Positions 41,001-50,898 are shown, counted from the first letter of the stretch. The stretch is 64,000 nucleotides of DNA from Alphaproteobacteria bacterium (GCA_047973205.1 JBKEBO010000074.1:12057-76056); one strand, 5' to 3'. The notes: generated by a model from the sequence alone, not told the origin. Made by a program: numbers and translations.

Positions 41001-42555
41001 TACGCTTATTTCGCCTCCACCTCATCATGATATTTATTCCATTGAGGATTTAGCTCAGCTGATTTACGACTTAAAGCAAATTAATCCAACGGCAAAAGTA
41101 TGTGTTAAGTTAGTTGCAAGAGAAGGTATTGGTACGATTGCAGCAGGTGTGGTTAAGGCGGGGGCTGATGTTATTTTGGTTTCAGGCTTTGATGGTGGCA
41201 CAGGAGCAAGCCCATTATCTTCGATTAAATATGCGGGGCTTCCTTGGGAAATGGGCTTATCGGAAGTCCATCAGGTTCTTACCCTAAATAAGCTTAGAAA
41301 CCGTGTAACTTTACGTGTGGATGGTGGTATTAAAAATGGCCGTGATATTGTTATCGGAACATGTTTAGGAGCTGAAGAATATGGCTTTGGCACAACAGGG
41401 CTTATGGCAATGGGTTGTTTAATGGTGCGTCAGTGTCATTCGAATACTTGCCCTGTGGGTGTGGCCACACAAGATAAAAACCTACGTGATAAATTCCCAG
41501 GTCGTCCTGAACATGTGGTGAATTTTTTAACCTTTGTTGCCGAGGAGGTTCAAGAATATTTGGCTAAACTTGGCATTAAAAGCTTGGAGGAGCTTGTGGG
41601 AAGAACAGATTTACTCACTCAAGTGAGTCGTGGCTCTAAACGCCTTGACGATTTAGATTTAAACCCTATTTTGGCTCAGGCTGATACAGGTGGACTTGCC
41701 GCTTATTGTACCTTAGAGGGGCGTAACCCTGTACCTGATACACTCGATGCTCAAATGGTTAAGGATGCAAGGCCTGCTCTTAAACGTAAGGAAAAAATGG
41801 AGCTTGCTTATCAAGTCTATAATACCCATAGAGCGATAGGGGCTCGTTTAAGCTCAAAATTGGTACAAAAATTTGGTCAAGCCCACCTAGCCGATGACTT
41901 TTTGACTGTTTCCTTAAGTGGTTCAGCAGGGCAATCCTTAGGTGTATTTGGGGTTAAAGGCCTTACCATTAATGTGGAGGGTGATGCGAATGATTATGTG
42001 GGCAAAGGCCTTTCGGGCGGTATCATTACTGTAAGCCCGCCACGCACGGCTCCTTTTATTGCCAAAGATAATACAATTATTGGTAATACTGTACTTTTTG
42101 GGGCAACCGCAGGTAAGTTGTTTGCAGCAGGTCAAGCAGGGGTACGTTTTGCCGTAAGAAACTCAGGAGCAACAGCCGTTATTGAGGGTTGTGATAGTAA
42201 TGGTTGTGAATATATGACAGGCGGAACAGTGGCTATTTTAGGTAGTGTTGGTGATAACTTTGGTGCAGGGATGACAGGCGGCATGGCCTTTATCTTAGAT
42301 GAAGATAACAGCTTTGAAAAGCGTGTGAATGACGAGAATGTTATATGGCAACGTGTTGAAACAAGTCATTGGGAAGGTGTGCTAAAAGCGATGGTGATGG
42401 AGCATCACCAACGGACAAGGTCGCAATTTGCAGGACGCATTATTCGCCATTGGGATACTTATCTTAAAAATATTTGGCAAGTTGTTCCTAAGGAAATGCT
42501 TGATAAACTTGAGTATCCTTTATCTAATGAGGAAAAATCAAGCCAAATGGCTTAA
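38017..42555 (+). CDS. gltB: glutamate synthase large subunit
   Basis: Ntn amidotransferase N-terminus (CGVGLVA), FMN-binding and GXGXG C-terminal domains, about 1510 aa. Start set at ATG 38017 (MENQFNPQAW) with SD aaggag. Overlaps gltD by 1 nt (TAATG). Confidence 0.95.
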   Translation: MENQFNPQAWLNAAQELEEKGLYRQKHEVDSCGVGLVAAIDGKPNRKVVEAGIEALRRVWHRGAVDADGKTGDGAGIHVQIPQEFFKDHVSRTGHKVKEDERVAVGQIFLPRTDLRAQEECRSVIEAEILRSNLNIFGWRRVPLNTTVIGEKAAATRPEIEQILIGVPNDSEAEEFERLLYVIRRRIEKEIDKRSINEFYICSLSCRSVIYKGMFLAEQLSVFYPDLEDERFISNFAIFHQRYSTNTFPTWKLAQPFRMLAHNGEINTINGNINWTKAHEPRMSTDTLPEEGLSDVLPVVQANGSDSAVLDNVCELLCRTGRPAPAVKALMVPESIGQSSTMNNAHKALYNYCNTVMEPWDGPAGLCITDGRWVVSGLDRNGLRPLRYAISKDNIIAIGSETGMVDIIDNEIVERGRIGPGEMIGVDLQAGKFYRDSELKDWAASRHPFEKWGENVKKLNAEISKNVKNDAAKCDAETLLRLQQSFAQTLEDIDNIITPMVLTGQEAIGSMGDDTPLAVLSKKYRPLHHYFRQSFSQVTNPPIDSLRERQVMSLATRFGNMNNVLEEEEAQTKVYYLESPILFSSESAYLFEKLGENTCVLDATFDVEEGGQGLEAALERLREESEAAVLAGVSHLVLSDEAMSVSRAAVPPILAVGALNTHLVKNGLRTFASINVRTAECLDVHYFAVLVGVGATTVTPWLTEETIKSLHQKGRFGNLKVQDALVNYKKAVDKGLLKIMSKLGIGVLSSYRGGCNFEVVGISRSLIRGFFPTMSSRISGIGLSGIAKNILDAHAKAWQAESLALPVGGFYRIRKDSEAHGHSPEQIALLHEAVRENSWEVYKKYSATLDNRDPIQLRELLELRYAEEPLATAEVQSITEIRRKFVTPAMSMGALSPEAHETLAIAMNRIGGKSNSGEGGEDPARFTPRENGDNARSAIKQIASGRFGVTAEYLSNADELQIKMAQGAKPGEGGQLPGFKVSVDIARLRHSTPGVTLISPPPHHDIYSIEDLAQLIYDLKQINPTAKVCVKLVAREGIGTIAAGVVKAGADVILVSGFDGGTGASPLSSIKYAGLPWEMGLSEVHQVLTLNKLRNRVTLRVDGGIKNGRDIVIGTCLGAEEYGFGTTGLMAMGCLMVRQCHSNTCPVGVATQDKNLRDKFPGRPEHVVNFLTFVAEEVQEYLAKLGIKSLEELVGRTDLLTQVSRGSKRLDDLDLNPILAQADTGGLAAYCTLEGRNPVPDTLDAQMVKDARPALKRKEKMELAYQVYNTHRAIGARLSSKLVQKFGQAHLADDFLTVSLSGSAGQSLGVFGVKGLTINVEGDANDYVGKGLSGGIITVSPPRTAPFIAKDNTIIGNTVLFGATAGKLFAAGQAGVRFAVRNSGATAVIEGCDSNGCEYMTGGTVAILGSVGDNFGAGMTGGMAFILDEDNSFEKRVNDENVIWQRVETSHWEGVLKAMVMEHHQRTRSQFAGRIIRHWDTYLKNIWQVVPKEMLDKLEYPLSNEEKSSQMA

Positions 42556-42737
42556 GCTCCCTTAAGCTTGCCGAAGGGGGCGGCTGAAAGCCGTGGGGTG
42601 GGTTGTAAAAACTTCTCAAGCGTCATTTTTGCACGGAGCATATGCAAAGTTGCAGAATCTATGTTAACTATTTTATGAATGCAACTATGTACGAAAGTGA
42701 TGGCATAGTGGGTTTTTATGACCATAAATTACCAAAA

Positions 42738-42925
42738 GTTACCCATTTTTGTCCGTTTATGTCCATTTTTGTCCATTTTTAACCCAAATTATCCACTTTT
42801 GAACATAGGCTTGAGCAAAACTTCCTGTTTTTAATAGGGCCTCCTTTTGGATTTTTTTGGATAAAAATGGCTAAAACTTGCCTTTATATGGATAATTTTG
42901 GATAATTTTGGACTAAAATGGGTAC
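42738..42925. repeat. structured intergenic repeat element, copy B
   Basis: TIRs gttacccatttttg / ctaaaatgggtac. Left half tccatttttg-type decamers x4-5, right half ttttggataa-type decamers x7-8. Lies in the gltB/hypothetical convergent gap. Confidence 0.6.
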
Positions 42926-42946
42926 GGCCGCAAAGAAAATACAATC

Positions 42947-43765
42947 TTAAGTAAAGCTTTTTAAAAATAATTTCCAATAGGATTTCTTGGGAATATCTGT
43001 CCATAAAGGATGGAAAGGATTATGCTCACAAGCTTTAAGATGATTACAAAGTTCGCTTGCCATAAAGAGGTGAAGCCTTAGGCTTTTGGGTAAGGTTTTG
43101 GCTTGGATTTGGTTTATTTTGGCTTGAGTTGCTAAGTTAAGCTCACAAATAATTGGTGATAAATCATCATCTTTGCTCGCCCGCCAACCATCAGGTAGCA
43201 TAAAGCCATGTTGATAGAGTAGCTCTTTAGGAAGCAAATTAAGGCGAATATAACTATGAAAGCCAATAGCACGCAAACAACCAACCGATGCCCAGATGCT
43301 TCCAATATTCACAACTTGTTGAATTTGCTCATATGTTGCGTGATTATTGATGATTTGCAGCCAAAATTTTGCAGTAAGTCCACCTGTATTTTGCATATAG
43401 TCCCACCAATTATGCGGGCTTTGAATAGGCATAGGCTCATATTCTTTTTGACGAGTGAGTATCCATTTTTGTAAATCACCTAGGGATAAATTATATGTTG
43501 ATGTTAAATGAGCGAGCCACTCAGCAGATGGTGTTTGTAAAGGGTTGCCATTATTGATGCTCTCAAGCTGCATAAGCCAAAATTGTAAGCGAGTAAGGCC
43601 TTGGGGGGCTTCGCTAACTTGTTCCCGAATAGTAGCAATTTCGCCATTGATACAAATAAGCTTATAAATATCGTTGCGATATTTGTAAGGGCAATAGCTT
43701 GCAAAAAGAGAACGTAGGGGGTCGTATTTTTTTGCTTGATTTTGGGTTTGCTTTTGTTCTAACAT
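42947..43765 (-). CDS. hypothetical protein
   Basis: 272-aa ORF with coding-like composition. No family recognised. Confidence 0.55.
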   Translation of the reverse strand: MLEQKQTQNQAKKYDPLRSLFASYCPYKYRNDIYKLICINGEIATIREQVSEAPQGLTRLQFWLMQLESINNGNPLQTPSAEWLAHLTSTYNLSLGDLQKWILTRQKEYEPMPIQSPHNWWDYMQNTGGLTAKFWLQIINNHATYEQIQQVVNIGSIWASVGCLRAIGFHSYIRLNLLPKELLYQHGFMLPDGWRASKDDDLSPIICELNLATQAKINQIQAKTLPKSLRLHLFMASELCNHLKACEHNPFHPLWTDIPKKSYWKLFLKSFT

Positions 43766-43887
43766 CTTATCACTAAAACCTATTGTATAAAAAAATAAAA
43801 GGTTAAGGGTTGTAATTATCAGTAATATATATAAATATACTGAGTTATCAACGTTAGTTTTATATTATTTAATAGCAGGAGTCTACT

Positions 43888-44487
43888 ATGTCTTTTTCTT
43901 TACCAAAACTCGATTATGATATAAATGCTTTAGCACCGCATATGTCAGCGGAAACCCTAGAGTATCATCATGGTCTGCATCATCAGGCTTATATCACAAA
44001 TATGAATGCCATGATCGAGGGTACACCTTTTGCCGATAAGCCTTTAGAAGAGATTGTTATTGAGGCTTCTAAGGATGCGGCTCATAGTGGTTTATTTAAT
44101 AATGCGGCACAAAACTGGAATCATAATTTGTTTTGGAAGCTTTTAACACCCAATGGCGGGCAAATGCCTGGTAAGTTAGAAGAAAAAATCACTGAAGATT
44201 TTGGCTCAGTGAATGCTTTTAAAGAAATGTTCACTCAAGCAGGGCTAACACAATTTGGCTCAGGATGGGCTTGGCTTGTTTTAAATAAGGAAGGTAAGTT
44301 AGAGGTTATGAAGACTCCTAATGCTGAAAATCCACTCCCCTATGGTAAAACGGCTATTTTTGCTTTAGATGTTTGGGAACATTCTTATTATATCGATTAT
44401 CGTAATCGCCGTGGGGATTTCATTAAGGCTGTTTTAGAAAATATTGCTAACTGGGAATATGCTCAGGAGCTTTTATTAAAAGCATAA
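43888..44487 (+). CDS. sodB: superoxide dismutase (Fe/Mn family)
   Basis: HHGLHHQAYITNMN and DVWEHSYY metal-ligand motifs. Confidence 0.95.
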   Translation: MSFSLPKLDYDINALAPHMSAETLEYHHGLHHQAYITNMNAMIEGTPFADKPLEEIVIEASKDAAHSGLFNNAAQNWNHNLFWKLLTPNGGQMPGKLEEKITEDFGSVNAFKEMFTQAGLTQFGSGWAWLVLNKEGKLEVMKTPNAENPLPYGKTAIFALDVWEHSYYIDYRNRRGDFIKAVLENIANWEYAQELLLKA

Positions 44488-44512
44488 GCCGTTAAAATAA
44501 AAGATGAATCAA

Positions 44513-44548
44513 AGATGCAAGTTTGTTGAAGGCTTGCATCTTTTTTTT
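44513..44548 (+). terminator. rho-independent terminator after sodB
   Basis: agatgcaag ... cttgcatct 9-bp stem followed by tttttttt. Confidence 0.6.
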
Positions 44549-46814
44549 AATCTTGAGAATATTCTGGCTCGTTTGGAATTGTAAGGGGAAGGGCTAGATT
44601 TATTGTAATTTGTTCGCCCTGATAGGCAAAACTTAGCTCTCCTTGATGCATTTGAATAAGGCGATGGGTGAGCTCTATATATCCTTGAACTTCAATGGGA
44701 TAGTGGTTCTCGTCATTAAGCATAGGATGTAGCCTTTTATTTGGCTGACAACTAAAATTAATTGTAAAAAATTGCCTATTTTCATCAATATTCTGATAAG
44801 CATTAAAATAAAGGCTTCCTGGGCTGCGGCTATAATCAGCTGCTAAGGAAAGAAGATTGTATAAAATTTGTTTAAGGCGAAGCTCATCAGCATAAATAGG
44901 AGTAAAGCTTGTGGGCATATCTAACTTAATTTTTTGCTGATAGCGATGAATACGGCTTTCTACAAGCTCAAGTGCAGATTGAATAATGCTAAATATATCA
45001 ACATTTTGTGGGTTGAGTTCAAATGAGCCAGCATCAATAGAGGCAACATCTAAAATATCTTGCATAACAGAGGTCAATTTTTTGCTCTCACTCACAATAG
45101 AGTTTGCATATTCACTTTGTCTGATATTAAGTTCTCCAAAACGTTGACTTGCGAGCATTTCGGCAAGGCCCTGAATATTCCCTGTGGGTTGACGAATATC
45201 AACGGAGACATCTTGGATAAAGGCCTGCATACGCTCAAATGCTGATTGTAATGCTGTTTGTCTAAGCTCTCTTTCTTGGCTCAGATGTTTTTCGGCAGAA
45301 CGATTTTGAAAGCGGATGAGCTGTGAGCCATCAGGAAGGTTACGGCTTTCAAAATAAATCCACATATTTTGAGTATCTAGCTCAAATTCGCCATGGCTAC
45401 CTTGCCGATCTAAAAGTAGGTTACGCCAACCCTCCTCATCTTTAGGCAAGCTTTCATCATTGCTTATAATATGCGGAGTAATTTCTTTCATAAAATCAGA
45501 AAAGCGAGGTCTGTCTTCAAAAAAACCTATGGGTATTCCCCAAATTTCACTTAAGGAAGGGTTGATATATTCAATAATCCCTGCAGAAGATATAAGCATA
45601 AGAGCATCTGTCATGGAATTTAAGACACGGCCACGAACATCCGATGATGTACGGAGCTGACGTTGTAAGGAGAAGTTATCTGAAACATCTTCAAAAATCC
45701 ATGCAAGATGTTGACGATCAGCACGAACAATATTTTGTTCAATCACTGTATCGCCCATACTCAGGCGTTCATTTTCGGTTCCGTGAAACTCCTTAAAATA
45801 GCCAAGTTGTCGTTTAAGCCATTGTTGTGGCTCTAAGATACGAAAAGCATTATGTTCTTCTAGTGAATAAAAAAAGTTCTGAAAACTTGGTTTATTGGCT
45901 AAGGCTTCGGCAGGTAAGTTCCATATTTGGCAAAGCCTATTATTAAACCATTGCAGGCGGCCATTTTGGTCAAAAAGGGCAATGGCAAGTTTGATGTTAT
46001 TAAGAGCAGGCAAAAGGGAATGGTTTGCCGATTGAATTGTTTCGGTTATAGGGGTTGGTGTATGGGCTTGTTTTTGAGCCGTACCAAGATAGCCCCTATA
46101 GAGGGTGAGATGTTTTTCTCGGATATTCCAATCTTCAAAAGATTTTTGTGTGGGAGGCTCATCTAGATAGCTGAGGATTTTTAAGGCTTTAGCAGACTTA
46201 TTACTCAGCTGCACTTTACCTGCTTGATTACGAAACCATAAAGGATAGGGGATATCATCAATAAGCTGATTGTAAAATTGAACCATATCATCAAAGCTTT
46301 TTTGGATATTATCGGCTTTATCTTGCAGCTGTTGAATATTTTGCATTTGAATATTTTTTTCGGACTGATTTTCTGTAGGATAGAAGAAGATAATATGCAT
46401 ATGATAAGGAGCAGGTAGATGAAAACCACGAACTAAAAATTTTTGAGCCGCAAGAGGAAGTTGTAGCTCAAAGCCACGATCTTCTTTATAGAGCTGGTTG
46501 CGGTTACGCAAAAAATTTCGAGCCGTATCTTCGCTCATTTGGTTTTCAATAGCTTGCCATTGGGTTTCATTTTCCAAAGGCATAAAATATTGTTTAGCCC
46601 AACGGTTAAAGATATCAGCACTATTTTGTGTTAATGGATGAGATGAATGTAAAATAATAGCAAAGGGAAGATTTTCGGCTAAAAGAGTTAGCTGCTTTTT
46701 CATTGTTTCGGCAATTTGCTTCTTTTGCTTTTGTTTGGTGAAAAGTAGGATAAAAAAAGCTAGGATACCTATAACAATTAACCCACCAGCAAAGCCTAAA
46801 ATACCATAAAACAT
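44547..46814 (-). CDS. DivL-like PAS-domain pseudo-histidine kinase
   Basis: N-terminal TM, PAS repeats, DHp helix FIQDVSVDIRQPTGNIQGLAEML. This aligns to the H-box FLANMSHELRTPL with Val in place of the phospho-acceptor His. CA domain keeps the N-box (LYNLLSLAADYS) but lacks the G1 (DxGxG) and G2 (GxGLGL) boxes. Confidence 0.7.
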   Translation of the reverse strand: MFYGILGFAGGLIVIGILAFFILLFTKQKQKKQIAETMKKQLTLLAENLPFAIILHSSHPLTQNSADIFNRWAKQYFMPLENETQWQAIENQMSEDTARNFLRNRNQLYKEDRGFELQLPLAAQKFLVRGFHLPAPYHMHIIFFYPTENQSEKNIQMQNIQQLQDKADNIQKSFDDMVQFYNQLIDDIPYPLWFRNQAGKVQLSNKSAKALKILSYLDEPPTQKSFEDWNIREKHLTLYRGYLGTAQKQAHTPTPITETIQSANHSLLPALNNIKLAIALFDQNGRLQWFNNRLCQIWNLPAEALANKPSFQNFFYSLEEHNAFRILEPQQWLKRQLGYFKEFHGTENERLSMGDTVIEQNIVRADRQHLAWIFEDVSDNFSLQRQLRTSSDVRGRVLNSMTDALMLISSAGIIEYINPSLSEIWGIPIGFFEDRPRFSDFMKEITPHIISNDESLPKDEEGWRNLLLDRQGSHGEFELDTQNMWIYFESRNLPDGSQLIRFQNRSAEKHLSQERELRQTALQSAFERMQAFIQDVSVDIRQPTGNIQGLAEMLASQRFGELNIRQSEYANSIVSESKKLTSVMQDILDVASIDAGSFELNPQNVDIFSIIQSALELVESRIHRYQQKIKLDMPTSFTPIYADELRLKQILYNLLSLAADYSRSPGSLYFNAYQNIDENRQFFTINFSCQPNKRLHPMLNDENHYPIEVQGYIELTHRLIQMHQGELSFAYQGEQITINLALPLTIPNEPEYSQD

Positions 46815-46915
46815 AGTTGTCCTTCTGTCTAAAAATCAGCTATATCTCATATATAGCAAAAGAAAGAACGGTTTGTATAGCTTATTTTTACATCTTTAAA
46901 AAAGAGGGGAGAGAA

Positions 46916-47179
46916 TTATTCATGAAAGCCTGCACAAATTAAGTTACCAAGAGCCTCTAAAGCCTCTTGGGCTTGCAAACCTTCAGCAATAATAGTAACT
47001 TCACAGCCTTTTGCCGCAGTAAGCATCATAAGTCCCATAATAGATGTTGCTTCGGCACTCATATTATTGGCACTCACCGTAATATGGCTATCATATTTAG
47101 CGGCCTCACTTGCAAAGCATGATGCAGCTCTGGCATGAAGACCTTTTTCGTTACAGATATGAACTTTAACTTCAGGCAT
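46916..47179 (-). CDS. ptsH: phosphocarrier protein HPr/NPr
   Basis: Active-site His15 context GLHARAAS. 87 aa. Confidence 0.9.
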   Translation of the reverse strand: MPEVKVHICNEKGLHARAASCFASEAAKYDSHITVSANNMSAEATSIMGLMMLTAAKGCEVTIIAEGLQAQEALEALGNLICAGFHE

Positions 47180-47208
47180 TATTTTTACTTTCTTCTTTTT
47201 TTTAGTTT

Positions 47209-47613
47209 CTATTGATTTAATAAGGCTGAGGCGATAGAAATATATTTGCGTCCTGCTTCTTGGGCTTCAAGGGCAACAGTATTAAGATCAGCACCGCTTG
47301 CACGGTTAGAAGCAAGCTTAATGAGCATAGGTAAGTTAACGCCCGCAAGAACCTCAGAATTTGTTTGATCCATAACAGATATGGCTAAGTTAGAAGGTGT
47401 ACCACCAAACATATCCGTAAGAATAATAACGCCTTCATCGTCAATATCGGCATTTTTTACGGCATTAAGAATATTCTCACGTTGTTCGTCCATATCATCA
47501 TCAGGACCAATACAAACAGTTTGCACAGCTGCTTGAGGACCATGAATATGTACCATTGCATCAACCAGCTCTTCAGCCAAACGTCCGTGGGTTACCAACA
47601 CTATGCCAATCAT
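47209..47613 (-). CDS. PTS EIIA component, mannose/fructose family
   Basis: MIGIVLVTHG N-terminal His motif of EIIA-Man. 134 aa. Confidence 0.9.
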   Translation of the reverse strand: MIGIVLVTHGRLAEELVDAMVHIHGPQAAVQTVCIGPDDDMDEQRENILNAVKNADIDDEGVIILTDMFGGTPSNLAISVMDQTNSEVLAGVNLPMLIKLASNRASGADLNTVALEAQEAGRKYISIASALLNQ

Positions 47614-47707
47614 TATTTTATCCTTAGTTAAGGGTTCACTACAAAATATATTTCAAGCTATTATAATATAGCTTTTGGACAATAACAATCTTAAATAAGG
47701 CTCTAGG

Positions 47708-48148
47708 CTAATCTTGATTTAAAAATTGCTGACAAAATATTGTAACATAATCAGCAGTAAAAAAATGAGAGAGGTTACAAAAACTGTAGCTAATATCTTT
47801 AGAGCCTAGTTTAAGGGTTTGTTTTTCATATAAGCGTGGTGGAGAATCTTTATGGAAGAAAATATGCGATATTCCAATAGATGGACAATATTGTGCTGCC
47901 GAAAGAGTAATAACACCAATACCAAATATTTCTATTTTTTGTTGCCCTTTTTTAGGAGCATGACCAATAGCATCATTATCAATATGAACAATATCATCAG
48001 CAACGAGCTTGCCACCTTTTTGAATAAGCTCGTAGCTTATGGTTGATTTACCACTTCCAGGTTCACCACAAAAAAGCAACCCATGATTTTGATAAGCAAC
48101 AAGGTTTCCATGAATAAGTTGAGGCTGAAGTAAAAAAGGTGAAAGCAT
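47708..48148 (-). CDS. hprK: HPr kinase/phosphorylase (short alphaproteobacterial form)
   Basis: Walker A GEPGSGKST. About 146 aa, lacking the N-terminal domain as usual in alphaproteobacteria. Confidence 0.9.
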   Translation of the reverse strand: MLSPFLLQPQLIHGNLVAYQNHGLLFCGEPGSGKSTISYELIQKGGKLVADDIVHIDNDAIGHAPKKGQQKIEIFGIGVITLSAAQYCPSIGISHIFFHKDSPPRLYEKQTLKLGSKDISYSFCNLSHFFTADYVTIFCQQFLNQD

Positions 48149-48149
48149 A

Positions 48150-49817
48150 TTATTTTTTTCCTGCTAAGGGGAGGGTTAAACGAAATAAAGCACCAGATTT
48201 GTCATCTTCTCTCTTATGAGCAGTAAGGCTACCATGATAAGTTTCTGCAATTTGCCGACTAATAGCAAGCCCTAATCCAGAATGATTGCCAAAACTCTCA
48301 GATTTTGGACGTTCAGTATAAAAACGTTGGAATATTTTTTCAAAAGCAGCCTCAGGAATGCCAACACCATCATCAATAATATCTAGATAGATGATATTTT
48401 TAGCCTGCTTAAGTTTAAGGAGTATCTCACTATTATCAGGAGCAAAAGATATAGCATTACCAATAAGGTTACGGATAATTTGAGTAAGACGATCGCTATC
48501 GGCTGCAACAAAAAGTTCCTTTAATTTTGTATCATCTTTTAGTGTAAAATGGATGTTCTTATGGACAACGCCTGTGGTTGTATAAAGGTTATGTATGTCA
48601 CTCACGAGTTTTTTGAAATCAACAATAGCAGCAGTACTTCGAGATAACTCAGCATCAAGACGTGAAGCATCGGAGATATCAGTAATTAAGCGGTTTAGAC
48701 GGTCAACATCTTGGTCAATAATCTTTTTTAGCCGCTCAATTTGTTCAGGCTTTTTGGCCAATTGTAAAGTCTCTACTGCAGACTTTAGCGAGGTGAGAGG
48801 ATTTTTAAGCTCATGGGAAACATCAGCTGCAAAGGCCTCAATAGCATCCATGCGGTCCCATAATGTTTGAGTCATAGCCCGAAGGTCGGTTGAAAGTTGG
48901 CCAATCTCATCCTTACGACGGCTTAAATCGGGAATTTCGCCCTTACGGTTTTTACTGTGGCGAATATAATTTGCCGCATAAGTTAACTTATGGATTGGAC
49001 TAGCAATAGTAAAAGCTAGCCAAAAAGATAAAATAGCAGTTATCGCAAAAGTAATTAAAAAGATGATGATTAAGCGATTGTAAAGAGAAATAAGAGCGGC
49101 ATCTATTTGCTCAGAGCCACGCATAAGCTGCACCGCCCCATAAACACGCTTATAACGTTGCACAGGAGCTGAAACAGAAAGCTGTAAGGTATAATCATCA
49201 TTAAGGGAGCGGCGAACAATGGCAGAATTTTCGCCCGAAAGGGAAGATTGAACTTCGGAATAATCATCAATAACATAAGGAGGTACAGAATTAATGGCTA
49301 CGGGTAAAGCTGATATATTTGAAAAACTCCATGCAATACGGCGGATTTGATGATTATACCATTTTTTGAATTTTTCTTTATTACGCCCTAAGTAGCTAAG
49401 GGCGGCTAGCTTGTTGGTTTCAATAATAGCAGCTCGGCCAATAACACGACTATCAAGGAGAGCTTTACCATCATGATTCCATAAGCGAGCTCGCACATTA
49501 GAAGAGCGAACCATACGGCGAAGCAGATATTGCGAAGCAGGTAAGTCGAAGCTTGTCCAGTTTGTTGCAGAAGGCGTTACAGAGCCTTCGGCTAAGGCGG
49601 CAGCAAAAACCTCGGCCTCAATTTTAAGGGCATGTATTTCATTATTAATAAGAGACTGACGATAGGTTGTAGCCCACATGATAGAAACGATGGGTACAAC
49701 AAGAACCGCTAGATTAATAAGCAAAATACGCCTACGAAGCCCTGAGGCTTTAAAGATTTGAGTGGTTTCTGGCTGCTGTCTTAAGCGAGAAAAAAAACGT
49801 TTATACTTAAACTTCAT
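48150..49817 (-). CDS. chvG: sensor histidine kinase ChvG/ExoS/BvrS
   Basis: Two TM segments flanking a large periplasmic domain, HAMP, H-box SHELKNPLTSL, and complete N/G1/G2 boxes. Abuts chvI. Confidence 0.9.
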   Translation of the reverse strand: MKFKYKRFFSRLRQQPETTQIFKASGLRRRILLINLAVLVVPIVSIMWATTYRQSLINNEIHALKIEAEVFAAALAEGSVTPSATNWTSFDLPASQYLLRRMVRSSNVRARLWNHDGKALLDSRVIGRAAIIETNKLAALSYLGRNKEKFKKWYNHQIRRIAWSFSNISALPVAINSVPPYVIDDYSEVQSSLSGENSAIVRRSLNDDYTLQLSVSAPVQRYKRVYGAVQLMRGSEQIDAALISLYNRLIIIFLITFAITAILSFWLAFTIASPIHKLTYAANYIRHSKNRKGEIPDLSRRKDEIGQLSTDLRAMTQTLWDRMDAIEAFAADVSHELKNPLTSLKSAVETLQLAKKPEQIERLKKIIDQDVDRLNRLITDISDASRLDAELSRSTAAIVDFKKLVSDIHNLYTTTGVVHKNIHFTLKDDTKLKELFVAADSDRLTQIIRNLIGNAISFAPDNSEILLKLKQAKNIIYLDIIDDGVGIPEAAFEKIFQRFYTERPKSESFGNHSGLGLAISRQIAETYHGSLTAHKREDDKSGALFRLTLPLAGKK

Positions 49818-50537
49818 CTAACCTTCTGTTGCTTTTAGGGCGGGGTCGCGGTAGCGATAGCCAACGCCATATAGGGTTTCGATTTCCTCAAACTCTTTAT
49901 CGAGGTTGCGGAACTTACGGCGAAGTCTTTTGATATGACTATCAATAGTACGATCATCCACATAAATATGCTCACCATAAGCAGCATCAATAAGTTGATC
50001 ACGTGATTTTACATGGCCTGGGTGACGAGCCAAGCTCGATAAGATTAAGAACTCTGTTACAGTTAAGTCAAGAGGGGTTTCCTTCCAAAAACACATATGA
50101 CGTACAGGGTCGAGTAAAAGATGTCCTTTTTTAATAAGCTCCTTTTCATCAGTTTGTTGATTGCTTGCTTTTGCCTTTTGTCTTCTTAATACGGTACGAA
50201 TACGTTCAATCAGCAAACGTTGCGAAAAAGGCTTGGTAATATAATCATCAGCACCCATTCTAAGGCCAAGCATTTCGTCAATTTCATCATCTTTAGATGT
50301 TAGAAAAATAGCAGGAAGGCTACTTTCTTTACGAAGTTTCTCTAAAAGTTCCATACCTGTCATTCGAGGCATTTTAATATCTAAAACGGCTAAGTCTGGT
50401 GGTGTTTGGAGCAAATATTCCAAAGCTTTTTCACTTTCAGAAAATGTAATAACTTGAAAACCCTCAGCTTCCAAAGCAATACTGACTGAAGTTAAAATAT
50501 TTTCATCATCATCAACAAGAGCAATTATATTGGGCAT
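49818..50537 (-). CDS. chvI: OmpR-family response regulator ChvI/BvrR
   Basis: Receiver domain with Asp (LAVLDIKMP) and a winged-helix C-terminus. Confidence 0.95.
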   Translation of the reverse strand: MPNIIALVDDDENILTSVSIALEAEGFQVITFSESEKALEYLLQTPPDLAVLDIKMPRMTGMELLEKLRKESSLPAIFLTSKDDEIDEMLGLRMGADDYITKPFSQRLLIERIRTVLRRQKAKASNQQTDEKELIKKGHLLLDPVRHMCFWKETPLDLTVTEFLILSSLARHPGHVKSRDQLIDAAYGEHIYVDDRTIDSHIKRLRRKFRNLDKEFEEIETLYGVGYRYRDPALKATEG

Positions 50538-50898
50538 TATTTTTTCCTTTGATCCGTAAATATTTAATTAGGGTAAGAATCGATAGATTCGGATTTATTC
50601 CATAATTTTTTAGGCCTTTTTTTGCTAAGATACAATCTGCAATTTAGATTATAAAGCAATTTGATTTTTTTTCGAGCAAAATCACTCTATAAAAAAATAA
50701 ACTAGATAATAATTTAGGCAAAAGCATGACAATTTATGGGTGTTAAATAAATTTATTGTTTAAAATTTTTTCTTGAACTTTTTTTTGTATGGCTATTAGA
50801 ATAGTTTTCAATTAATATACTTAAACGTGATATACTAGTGATTTAAGTGAGAAGACTAGTTGTTTAAAGCTTAAATTTAATTTAAAAGGAGTTAAAAA

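Noticed and set aside
42789-42797. DnaA-box-like TTATCCAC(T) cores in repeat copies A (20550..20558, reverse) and B, considered as a chromosomal origin
   Set aside because: Three similar clusters in 64 kb, with no dnaA, hemE or parAB origin-associated genes nearby. More consistent with a dispersed repeat family. DnaA titration remains possible but is not oriC.
50871-50885. TTAA-N7-TTAA CtrA-box-like sequence upstream of pckA
   Set aside because: It lies in an extremely AT-rich stretch where this pattern is expected by chance, and it sits in the 5-prime UTR rather than the promoter. Kept only as a note.
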